From a virus (lineage: Duplodnaviria > Caudoviricetes): DNA of 34,391 nt. The number at the start of each line of letters is the position of its first letter. The first letter of the stretch is position 1. Location of the stretch: the IMG/VR virus record IMGVR_UViG_3300037963_002430, positions 1 to 34,391 of that record, one strand, 5' to 3'. The notes beneath the pieces are model-generated. The model was not told the DNA's origin, did not search any database, and saw only the letters and a list, made by a program, of their open reading frames with translations. A program made the translations under genes and the position numbers. This document shows, one piece after another, positions 1 through 7,757 of the stretch.

Positions 1-470
1 GAAGCTGCCAATATCTTACTGCCATTTTCTAATTCCAGAGATCCTTTGTTCCATGCCACAATACCCTGTTGCATCCACTTGGGCAAGTTTTCGTATGCAG
101 TCTGTAACCTTCCAAGAAGTTCTCTTGCGGTTGCTGCTTTGTTTGCAAGAATGCCAATGTTTACACTGTCGTTAAAGACAGCATAATGCAAAAGGTAAGA
201 TACGACTGTAGTGGATTTACCAGTTTGTCGTGGCATCTTACAGATGTTAAATCTGTTGTTATGGAAGTTATTGATTAACTTCTCTTGAAAATGATATGGA
301 TGAAACTGTGTTAGACCCTCATCAAGAGAAACAATTTTGATATAATTGTTGGCAAAATAGACAGGATCTTCCTTACACTTCATAAACTCAAGAATTTGTT
401 CTTGAGTAAATTCAATGGCAGTATTTGCTTTTTTTAGATTAGGATTGCCAAGATATACATTATCAGACAT
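1..470 (-). CDS. g17: Terminase large subunit (T4 gp17-like), 5' part; runs off the left edge of the window
   Basis: Not in the ORF track. Hand translation from the ATG at 470 gives MSDNVYLGNPNLKKAN...KCKEDPVYFANNYIKIVSLDEGL...FQEKLI...KMPRQTGKSTT...ILANKAATARELLGRLQTAYENLPKWMQQGIVAWNKGSLELENGSKILAAS. This contains the terminase Walker A (PRQxGKST) and the adenine-binding Q motif, and lies downstream of g16. Confidence 0.97.
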   Translation of the reverse strand, partial: MSDNVYLGNPNLKKANTAIEFTQEQILEFMKCKEDPVYFANNYIKIVSLDEGLTQFHPYHFQEKLINNFHNNRFNICKMPRQTGKSTTVVSYLLHYAVFNDSVNIGILANKAATARELLGRLQTAYENLPKWMQQGIVAWNKGSLELENGSKILAA

Positions 471-476
471 AAATTA

Positions 477-2096
477 TCAGCAGTTCCAGGCTCTCAGTGA
501 TTTATTGATTCTGCTATCGGGATCGTTTGCAGTTTTGGAGGAAGTTAACTTCTTTTTCATTCCTTTCATTCTCGCACAAAAGCTCTTTCTACGAGGGTTC
601 CCAACTTTCTTTGAAGGTCTCTTAAGATCGCTTCCTGGGTTTTCACGTTCATACGACTTCCTACCTTTCTCATTTAAACCTCCTTCTGGATTCTTACCCG
701 ACTTTTTTTGCCAGTCTTCCGTATGTAGGAGAGGTTGTCCTGGTTCATAATCGGAAACTTCATAATTCCTTACTTTTCCGCCAGGATAGACCTTTTCAAT
801 CTGTGCCTGTACTTCATTTCTTCCAGGAACCTTGACGGATGGGAAGAACATTTGAATAACATACATCTTACCTCTGAAGGTAAGAAATACTCTTACGATT
901 TGTCCAGTCTTTCTAGGAACCTGAACTGCTTCGCCCATTGGTTTTACATAGTTCTTGTCTGGACCCATCTTGCCGGCATCACCACCTTTGAACTTGGGAC
1001 CACACTCAGAAGTTCCATGTACAGGACACTCTTCACCTTCATGAGTATGATTGCATCCCTTCTTCTCATCAATCTGCTCACCATCATGCATGACTTCATC
1101 ACCTGCTTTTACGCAACGGTTGTAAGTCTTACCAAACAGTTTCTGGGTTCCTGCTTTCTTGTATCCTTTCCAGCACTTCTTACCTGCTTCACCAAGTAAC
1201 TTAGATCCAAGACCTTCGGTTGGTTGAAGTGCATCAGGTGTGATGAGATCAGTAAACTCATACTCTGTTGGTTTGTATTCGGATCTCCAATTAGAGAACT
1301 CTTCTTTCTTGGTCTTATTACCCCAGTTTTTAGCACCTACCTTACGACACTTAACCAGTGCTCCAGATGCATATGCAGAAGGCCATACAGAGTAACGAGA
1401 CTTGACCTTATGGTAGCAAGCATCTTTCTTACCTTCTTCGAGGTCGATATCAATCTCGTCACCCACTTCTACATTGTTTTCAGCAAACCATCCACGATTT
1501 ACTTCTATTGCACACAGAATTTCTCCATCAGACTCAACTGGAGTTTCAACGTTTGGTTCTAACTGCTTGATGCTCTCGATTATACCATCTGCTCTGATGA
1601 AGGCAATGTCGAGGGGAATCATAGTATCTCTCATATGGAAAGATTGCTGAGCAACTTCCTCAAATACGAAAAGCATTCCACTGTTCTTATCTAAACTTTC
1701 ACGGAACATCAATCCAAGATTGAATTCTTTGATGTTGGTTGGAATCTCAACATGGAGAGGTAAGGTTGTGAATTCTTCTTTTATACCTTTTGCCTTTCTT
1801 TCATTGTCGATGTTGTGATCTACACCGCCATGTTTAATACGTTGCTTAAGTGTAGAAACTCCATACTTATCTTGCTTATGGCGAACCATACGCTTATAAC
1901 GATCAAATTTATCGTTACCTCGCTTATCACGCATTTCTTTTTCCAGAATAGTTTCTTCAGTCTTCACGTTAATTGCCTTCCCTTTTCTATCTGGATTTGG
2001 ATCTTTACGATTCTTACGACGGAATGCTCTCTCCTCTTCGTCCTTGGAGAGATGGCGCAGGGTTTCCCTGCATATTTGCCACCCAACTGAACCCAC
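477..2096 (-). CDS. Modular phage protein, C-terminal part of a frame-split gene: DUF192 domain plus several small basic Cys-paired modules and a C-terminal DUF6321-like module. Start uncertain (GTG at 1967 is plausible).
   Basis: DUF192-type sequence LHVEIP...GLMFRESL...GMLFVF...FHMRDTMIPLDIAFI...AIEVNRGWF at ~1445-1770. Other modules are DACYHKVKSRYSVWPSAYASGALVKCRK, CWKGY...NRCV, CNHTH...CPVHG...C and WQKKSGKNPEGGLNEKGR...SFCARM...WNC. The first ~15 listed residues overlap the upstream ORF and look like an off-frame read. Confidence 0.8.
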   Translation of the reverse strand: MGSVGWQICRETLRHLSKDEEERAFRRKNRKDPNPDRKGKAINVKTEETILEKEMRDKRGNDKFDRYKRMVRHKQDKYGVSTLKQRIKHGGVDHNIDNERKAKGIKEEFTTLPLHVEIPTNIKEFNLGLMFRESLDKNSGMLFVFEEVAQQSFHMRDTMIPLDIAFIRADGIIESIKQLEPNVETPVESDGEILCAIEVNRGWFAENNVEVGDEIDIDLEEGKKDACYHKVKSRYSVWPSAYASGALVKCRKVGAKNWGNKTKKEEFSNWRSEYKPTEYEFTDLITPDALQPTEGLGSKLLGEAGKKCWKGYKKAGTQKLFGKTYNRCVKAGDEVMHDGEQIDEKKGCNHTHEGEECPVHGTSECGPKFKGGDAGKMGPDKNYVKPMGEAVQVPRKTGQIVRVFLTFRGKMYVIQMFFPSVKVPGRNEVQAQIEKVYPGGKVRNYEVSDYEPGQPLLHTEDWQKKSGKNPEGGLNEKGRKSYERENPGSDLKRPSKKVGNPRRKSFCARMKGMKKKLTSSKTANDPDSRINKSLRAWNC

Positions 2097-2389
2097 CCAG
2101 GCTTGCCATCAGAAGACTTACTCTTGCCAAACCAGTCACGCAAAGAAGAATCACCACTTTTAGACTCACTCATCCCTCCACCATTACCGCCATTACCGTT
2201 ACCATTGGAATGACCATTACCATTTCCATTGCCATTCCCATTCGTGTTTTCATCATCTACAGAATGTCCATTTTCTTTACGAAGATATCCAGCACGACCC
2301 ACTACCTTAAATCCCTTAGGGATAGGTTTACATTTTTCATCGGTGTAGCAGTAATAATATCCTGCTTTACACTTGCCGTTCTTAGCCAT
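1964..2389 (-). CDS. N-terminal part of the same modular protein (Cys-rich start, Gly/Asn linker, LRDWF...WVQ...GKPC module); the C-terminus after KPCA appears frameshifted
   Basis: ATG at 2389 lies just downstream of a late promoter (2413-2420). The sequence is protein-like up to GKYAGKPCA, then continues in the -1 frame as HLSKDEEERAFRRKNRKDP. Confidence 0.75.
   Translation of the reverse strand: MAKNGKCKAGYYYCYTDEKCKPIPKGFKVVGRAGYLRKENGHSVDDENTNGNGNGNGNGHSNGNGNGGNGGGMSESKSGDSSLRDWFGKSKSSDGKPGWVQLGGKYAGKPCAISPRTKRREHSVVRIVKIQIQIEKGRQLT
2175..2242 (-). repeat. Low-complexity (AAT/AAC GGN)n repeat encoding a Gly-Asn linker
   Basis: Encodes NGNGNGNGNGHSNGNGNGGNGGG; the + strand shows repeated ccatt(a/t/g/c) hexamers. 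Confidence 0.85.
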
Positions 2390-2412
2390 TCAACTGAGTG
2401 GATATTCTTTAT

Positions 2413-2420
2413 TATTTATC
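2413..2420 (-). promoter_or_regulatory. T4-type (gp55) late promoter GATAAATA
   Basis: + strand tatttatc; overlaps the stop of the 793-aa gene and lies ~24 nt upstream of the ATG at 2389. Confidence 0.8.
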
Positions 2421-4800
2421 AACCGTCAAGTGCTACACTAAGACCAAGTGTCATACCAGGCAGTGCAATCCAAGAAGTGCCATCATAGAACTCCATTTTC
2501 TTTGTTGTTTTATTAAATATCATTGCACCTTCAGTAACAGAAAGTGCATCTCTTTGTGTTGTTGTCAGGCATGGTGGATAGAAAGCACCAGTGGTTCCTA
2601 CTGTTCTAATTTCTGTTGCTTCAATTTTTCCAGTAGATCCAGTTATTGTAATTCCTGTTCCAACAGTTACTACATCAGAGTCTCCATCTAATGTAATGGA
2701 CCCTGTTCCAACTGTAAGAATACCAGTTACCCTAGCATCACCAGTTACAACTAAATCTTCACTAAAAAATCCAGTATCAACACCAACATGAACTTTGGTT
2801 GCAGTTGCTACTCCACTTACATTAATACCACCTGCTAAAACATTGATACCATTTCTTGCAGTAACAATACCGATAGAATCGACATTCTTTACATCTTCAT
2901 ATGTGATTGTTCCACCGATAGTTATATTGCCATCGACGTACTGATCTCCACCCACATAGAGTGCAAAGTCAGATCTTGCAGTAGTAGCAACACCAACGTT
3001 CTTAGTAGTATGAATACCAGCAGAACTTACTGCCCATGTTCCAGCAGCACCAACAGTAGATCCTCCTCCTCCTCCACTACCTAAAGCAGTGCTTGCAATA
3101 CCTACCCATTTAGATCCATTGTAAATGAGAAGTTGATTCTCACCAGTCGATTCATTAAAGGTAACATCATCAAGATCTTTAATAAATCCTGCTCCACCGC
3201 CACCGATGGTAGCAATTTGCTGTTGAATTCTATTGATGAATGTTCTGTAATGATTCTGTAAATCATCAAGTGTTGCAAACTTTTGATCTAGAGGAGTTAA
3301 TGGATCTCTAGAGTTATTTGTTGATGGATCTCCAGGTAAAGTTGGATTATCTTCGGTTAGAAGTTTCTTTTCGTTTATCTCCGAGATAGTTTCTTCGAGA
3401 TAAGCAATCTTTTCAACTAATTCTTTATTTTTTTCTTCTAATGTATCTAACTGAAGTCTTTCAAGAACTTCTTTTATCTCTTCTTTTACAGTTTCAATAT
3501 TATCATTTTGTTTCTTAATGTGTTGTTCATTAACAACCAGGTCCATTTGAAGACCTTTCATTTGCTCAGAAATATTATTTCTGAATTTTCCTACTTCTGT
3601 CTTAAGGGCAGCATGATATGTTTCATTAGAATTAATTAAAACACTCTGAATTTCCCTAAGATCTTCAGTGACAGTTTCTTCTAAAAAATTAAATCTCTTA
3701 TTATATTTTTCAATCTCATTAGAGTAACTCTCTAACTTTTCATTATCACTAATCTCTCTTTTCTTGAAATCTTTGTAGAGATTACTATATGTCTTAGAGA
3801 TAGAGTCAATCTCTTCTTTATATTCATCAATTACTGTTTGAAGTTCTTCTATCTTCTCGGCAGTTTTCTCAGTTACATCTCCAGAAATAAAATCAATTTT
3901 TTCAGAAAGAGAATTTACTTTTGAAAGAACTTCCTCTTCCAATTGTTTTACTTCTTCTTCTGATTTGAGTTTAGTTTCAATTAAAAGGTTGTTGTACTTG
4001 GGTATCTCAGTCTCTGTAAATACTTTTACTTTTGCATTGAGATTTTCAATAGTTTCTTTGTAAGAATCTATCGCATTCTTGATAGTCTCTTCAGTTTTTA
4101 ATTCTGTTTCGGCAAAAAACTTTCTATATTTTGGAAGCTCCTCTTCTACTAAATTCTTTACTTCCTTAGTATTTTTTCTAAAATCTTCTTTGACTTCGGA
4201 AATAACATCGGTGTTGAGTTTTTCAACTTCCGATAAAGCAATTGTAACTTCTTTATTTACATCTGCTTTAACAGTATCTAAACTTTCTTCTACTTTATCC
4301 TTAAACTGTCCAAACCTATCATCAACTCTAACCTCAGACTCTGAGATTAGCTTCTTGTACTTTGGTACATCAACACTCAGAAATCCTTCAACAGAAGTTG
4401 ATAGACCTTTAAAATCTTCTTTAATCTGATCAACTGTTTTACTGTTGATAGATGAAATTTTAGATTCAATCTTTGATATTGATTCTTCTACAAAAAGAAG
4501 TTGTGCCATCATGGCACTATCTAAATCTTCTTGCTTAATTAAATTTTTTATCTCATCCTTTATAGTGACGACTTCACTGGATACGTTCTCTACCTTTTCT
4601 AAGTTTTCTTTGAAACTATCGAAAGTAGAAGTGAAATCGGATAACGATTGAATGTGATTTAGATTTGATTTAAAAACATCAAATGCTTCTGAAACCTGTT
4701 CGATCTTTTTTGGAGACGCAGCAATATACTCCTCTTTTACTTCATCAAGAGGAGTCTTTTTATTATTTCCAAAAAAATCTGAAGGCTTCTTTAGTGCCAC
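2419..4800 (-). CDS. Long coiled-coil protein with a C-terminal Gly/Thr-rich fibre-like region (probable virion fibre or appendage)
   Basis: GTG start with an AGGAG RBS. About 480 aa of E/K-rich heptads are followed by PLTPLDQKF...RIQQQIATIGGGG, DLDDV...LIYNGSKWVG, beta-fibre-like repeats and a PPCLTTTQRDAL...MIFNKTTKKMEFYDGTSW motif. Confidence 0.7.
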   Translation of the reverse strand: MALKKPSDFFGNNKKTPLDEVKEEYIAASPKKIEQVSEAFDVFKSNLNHIQSLSDFTSTFDSFKENLEKVENVSSEVVTIKDEIKNLIKQEDLDSAMMAQLLFVEESISKIESKISSINSKTVDQIKEDFKGLSTSVEGFLSVDVPKYKKLISESEVRVDDRFGQFKDKVEESLDTVKADVNKEVTIALSEVEKLNTDVISEVKEDFRKNTKEVKNLVEEELPKYRKFFAETELKTEETIKNAIDSYKETIENLNAKVKVFTETEIPKYNNLLIETKLKSEEEVKQLEEEVLSKVNSLSEKIDFISGDVTEKTAEKIEELQTVIDEYKEEIDSISKTYSNLYKDFKKREISDNEKLESYSNEIEKYNKRFNFLEETVTEDLREIQSVLINSNETYHAALKTEVGKFRNNISEQMKGLQMDLVVNEQHIKKQNDNIETVKEEIKEVLERLQLDTLEEKNKELVEKIAYLEETISEINEKKLLTEDNPTLPGDPSTNNSRDPLTPLDQKFATLDDLQNHYRTFINRIQQQIATIGGGGAGFIKDLDDVTFNESTGENQLLIYNGSKWVGIASTALGSGGGGGSTVGAAGTWAVSSAGIHTTKNVGVATTARSDFALYVGGDQYVDGNITIGGTITYEDVKNVDSIGIVTARNGINVLAGGINVSGVATATKVHVGVDTGFFSEDLVVTGDARVTGILTVGTGSITLDGDSDVVTVGTGITITGSTGKIEATEIRTVGTTGAFYPPCLTTTQRDALSVTEGAMIFNKTTKKMEFYDGTSWIALPGMTLGLSVALDG

Positions 4801-4824
4801 GTTTAATATATCTCCTGTATTTTA

Positions 4825-5247
4825 TTATTTATTGTCCTCTTTTAATCCATGTTTGAGCATTTTTGCTAGTTCTGCAGTGGATCCAACGAACAATGCATTA
4901 TTAACTGTTGAGGGTCCTTTGGATTGTTTTTCTTCCTCTACTTCTTTAAGTTTTTTCTGAAGTTCCATTAGTTTGTCAGTTGCATCAGCAACATTCTTAA
5001 TTAATTGTCCTGCAACTTCATATGCTCTTGGCATTTCACTTTCTTGAGCGAGTTCGAGTACTCCGTTTAATGCTTCCTGACCTTTTTCGATTATACTATA
5101 TAGATTCCCTCTAGTATACTCATAGTCCTTTTTTACATCATCTGAGCCAGGTTTTATATTATCTAACTCTTTTTTAACAACTTCAGCCTTTACGATTTCA
5201 TCTGAAACATTAAAGGTATCGTTTAATTCGTCAAAGTTTTTAGTCAT
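4825..5247 (-). CDS. g16: Terminase small subunit (T4 gp16-like)
   Basis: DYEYTRGNLYSIIEKGQEALNGVLELAQESEMPRAYEVAGQLIKNVADATDKL and NNALFVGSTAEL are typical of gp16. The ATG at 5247 overlaps the g15 stop (TGATG). Confidence 0.95.
   Translation of the reverse strand: MTKNFDELNDTFNVSDEIVKAEVVKKELDNIKPGSDDVKKDYEYTRGNLYSIIEKGQEALNGVLELAQESEMPRAYEVAGQLIKNVADATDKLMELQKKLKEVEEEKQSKGPSTVNNALFVGSTAELAKMLKHGLKEDNK
4826..4833 (-). promoter_or_regulatory. Late promoter AATAAATA
   Basis: + strand tatttatt; overlaps the g16 stop and lies ~26 nt upstream of the GTG at 4800. Confidence 0.75.
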
Positions 5248-6266
5248 CAAATAAATCCACCATCAAATCCGAAGTTATCACCCTCTTCAATCAGAGCACT
5301 ATCTACTCCGATTGTACCAATACTTGGCAGAGTTGTTTCTGTATAGTCAATTCCTTTGACTTCTGTTCCAGCAACGTGTTTTTCTGCTTTTGTATTATCT
5401 CTTCCCCTATCAACGGTAATCTTATTACCTGTTTTAGATCTAACAAAGAGTTCCTCATCTCCAATAAAGATGTACTTATCTGCTTTGATTCCAGTAGCAT
5501 CTGCAACTTCAAACGTTTTTGCTGTTGCGGTAATATCTGCTGCCAATGTAGTGACAACATTGTCTGTATAAGACTTGAGTGCTCTTGCAGTGGCAGAGTA
5601 AGTAACCTCTCTTCTTGTATTGGTAGTATCTGTTCCAGTGAGGTAACTGACAGTAGATCTTTTGATGATATCTTTGGACGCAGACTTGGTAGGTCCAAAC
5701 AGATATGTCTTTGCAGTAAATCTTAAAGTGTAATATAAAACTCTTCTAGTAGTAAAATCTCCTTCATAATCATCTTGCATTGTGACACTTTCTAGCACAA
5801 TGGGAACATCTCTCTTTTCTTTAATTTGATCAACTAGTTCAATAGAAAGATTATATGCTGGTTGAAAATATGGTAAAATTTGTTCTACAATTTGAAGTGC
5901 ATCATCATTTAATTTAGTGTAGATACTTAACTCAAATGCCATGTTGTAGGGAACTGGCATGTATGATTTACGTGTCTCAGTTCCATCATCCTTATCTTTT
6001 GCAGTAAATGTCTGAGTCGTGGTTACTTTTCTACTTGGATCATAAGTAAGTCCAGTGAACTCAAAAGACATTCTTGGCAATGTAATTGCCATGGGTTTAT
6101 TCAAATCTGGTGACTGCTCAATTCTTGCTAAGAACTTTTGAGTAGGACCATATGCTAAAGGAATTCTCACAACGGAACCTTCCTGCTGGATCTCCATAGC
6201 ATTAAATAGAGTTCCAAAACCAATAATGGTTTTTCTCAGAATCTCGTTGTAAAAGTATTCAAACAT
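5247..6266 (-). CDS. g15: Tail sheath stabiliser / tail completion protein (T4 gp15-like) with an extra C-terminal module
   Basis: YFYNEILRKTIIGFGTLFN, IPLAYGPTQKFLARI, TLPRMSFE, PVPYN..FEL, QIVEQILPYFQP and YTLRFTAKTYLFGP; syntenic between g14 and g16. Confidence 0.95.
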   Translation of the reverse strand: MFEYFYNEILRKTIIGFGTLFNAMEIQQEGSVVRIPLAYGPTQKFLARIEQSPDLNKPMAITLPRMSFEFTGLTYDPSRKVTTTQTFTAKDKDDGTETRKSYMPVPYNMAFELSIYTKLNDDALQIVEQILPYFQPAYNLSIELVDQIKEKRDVPIVLESVTMQDDYEGDFTTRRVLYYTLRFTAKTYLFGPTKSASKDIIKRSTVSYLTGTDTTNTRREVTYSATARALKSYTDNVVTTLAADITATAKTFEVADATGIKADKYIFIGDEELFVRSKTGNKITVDRGRDNTKAEKHVAGTEVKGIDYTETTLPSIGTIGVDSALIEEGDNFGFDGGFI

Positions 6267-6299
6267 GATTAAACTTTAAACTATTACATGCAGTAAAAC

Positions 6300-6307
6300 T
6301 ATTTAGG
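6300..6307 (-). promoter_or_regulatory. Late promoter variant CCTAAATA
   Basis: + strand tatttagg; overlaps the g14 stop and lies ~34 nt upstream of the g15 ATG. One mismatch to NATAAATA. Confidence 0.5.
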
Positions 6308-7757
6308 GTATTCCAAATGGATTCTGCTCACTGAAGTCTAATATGGCATCAGCAGCTGTCTCAATATCAAAGTTATCTGCATATGGATCATTATCAATAG
6401 TTTTGTCTATAGTTCTCAGAACTCTAATAGCACCAGAAGTTGATCCTGTTAATGTTTCTCCTGCAGAGAAACTTCCAGAAACACTTGCAACTTCAAGAAC
6501 ATTCGTATCAGCATCCCAGGATCTAACTCTTGCAGTTGTGTTACTGGTAGATCCAGTTACAATTTCATTAAATGCAAAGTTTCCTGCATTTGATCCTGAT
6601 GGAGGAGCAGCGATAGAAACTGTGGGAGCAACAGAATATCCAGCACCAGCATTTGTTATGTGAATAGCTGTTATCGTTCCTCCAGTACTTACTATGGGAA
6701 CTGCGGATGCACTAGCAGTGGTTACTCCTGCTTTAAATATTTCACTTGTAAATGTAATGACTGGATTATCAATATATCCTCCACCAGCATTTGTAACTGT
6801 AACTACGCCAACGATATCGTCTCCAAGAACCGTTGTTGCAGCTGCACCGCTACCTGTTCCATCAGTGGTTCTAAAAGTCACTGAAGGTGCAACAGTGTAT
6901 CCAAAACCTGGATTAACAACATTAACCGATTGAACAGACTTTAATCTTGGATTTGCATTAAGATTGCAAACATTAATACCGCCAATCATCGTTGCAATAC
7001 CTACGGCAGTCAACCCTCCAGAAGGTGCTGCAGAAACCTCAACAGTAGGAATCATTCCATATCCACCACCTCTATTGGTTACTGTAAATGACCTTACACC
7101 GCCATTGACCAGTCCTGTGGTCGCAGTTGCTTGAACTGCAGTTCCAACCATTGTAAGGGTCTGAGTAATTCCCTGAACCGTACTAATGCCATCATCAGTC
7201 AATCCATCAGTCTCATCACCTAGTAACTCATTATCAATATCTTCGATTCCTGTTGCAATGACCTCATCTTGATACTGGAAGAGTTCGCAATATAATTCAT
7301 AAACATAGAGGTTCTGTAACTGATAATATGGTTTTGCATACTCAATGTCTTTAATTTCATAAAGACGATCATCGAGTGGGAACCAGATTAAGTCTCCACC
7401 TTTTGGTCTTGTCGACAGTTTAATATTTGATTGTCCTTGAATCAGGGGTGTGATGTAATTTTCATATCTTTCTCTAGATATGATAAGTCTCACCTCATCT
7501 TTTGATTCGATACCAAACTTTGATAATACATCCCCTGCTCCAGAGTATGCATCGTAATTATCAACATATGCCTCAATAGGTAAAGCATTGTCAAATTTAG
7601 ACTGAACAACTTCTCTGATGACAGTCTTTTCTGTCATATATTTTCTTGGGATGTAGAATATATCTACTCCATACATCCTCAACTGTTCGTTGATCAAATC
7701 CTGAACAAGATTTTGCTCAGAAGAAGTACCTTGGGTAAAGAAAGGATTTAAAACCAT
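6303..7757 (-). CDS. g14: Neck protein (T4 gp14-like) with inserted beta-rich repeats
   Basis: EQNLVQDLINEQLRMYGVDIFYIPR, LSKFGIESKDEV, RPKGGDLIWFP, YELYCELF and C-terminal ILDFSEQNPFG; four xTNxGxGY..P repeats are inserted. Confidence 0.93.
   Translation of the reverse strand: MVLNPFFTQGTSSEQNLVQDLINEQLRMYGVDIFYIPRKYMTEKTVIREVVQSKFDNALPIEAYVDNYDAYSGAGDVLSKFGIESKDEVRLIISRERYENYITPLIQGQSNIKLSTRPKGGDLIWFPLDDRLYEIKDIEYAKPYYQLQNLYVYELYCELFQYQDEVIATGIEDIDNELLGDETDGLTDDGISTVQGITQTLTMVGTAVQATATTGLVNGGVRSFTVTNRGGGYGMIPTVEVSAAPSGGLTAVGIATMIGGINVCNLNANPRLKSVQSVNVVNPGFGYTVAPSVTFRTTDGTGSGAAATTVLGDDIVGVVTVTNAGGGYIDNPVITFTSEIFKAGVTTASASAVPIVSTGGTITAIHITNAGAGYSVAPTVSIAAPPSGSNAGNFAFNEIVTGSTSNTTARVRSWDADTNVLEVASVSGSFSAGETLTGSTSGAIRVLRTIDKTIDNDPYADNFDIETAADAILDFSEQNPFGIP

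Noticed and set aside
2062-2068. GGGAAAC slippery-type heptamer next to the frame break, suggesting a programmed -1 frameshift
   Set aside because: In the upstream ORF it is read GGG AAA C, not G GGA AAC, so it is out of phase for tandem -1 slippage. I also saw no clear downstream stimulatory structure.
2052-2096. Listed start of the 539-aa ORF (MGSVGWQICRETLR)
   Set aside because: It lies inside the well-formed WVQLGGKYAGKPC coding segment of the upstream ORF and looks like an off-frame extension, not a true N-terminus.
5248-5250. TTG start for g16
   Set aside because: The next codon is an ATG overlapping the g15 stop (TGATG), the more usual coupled start.
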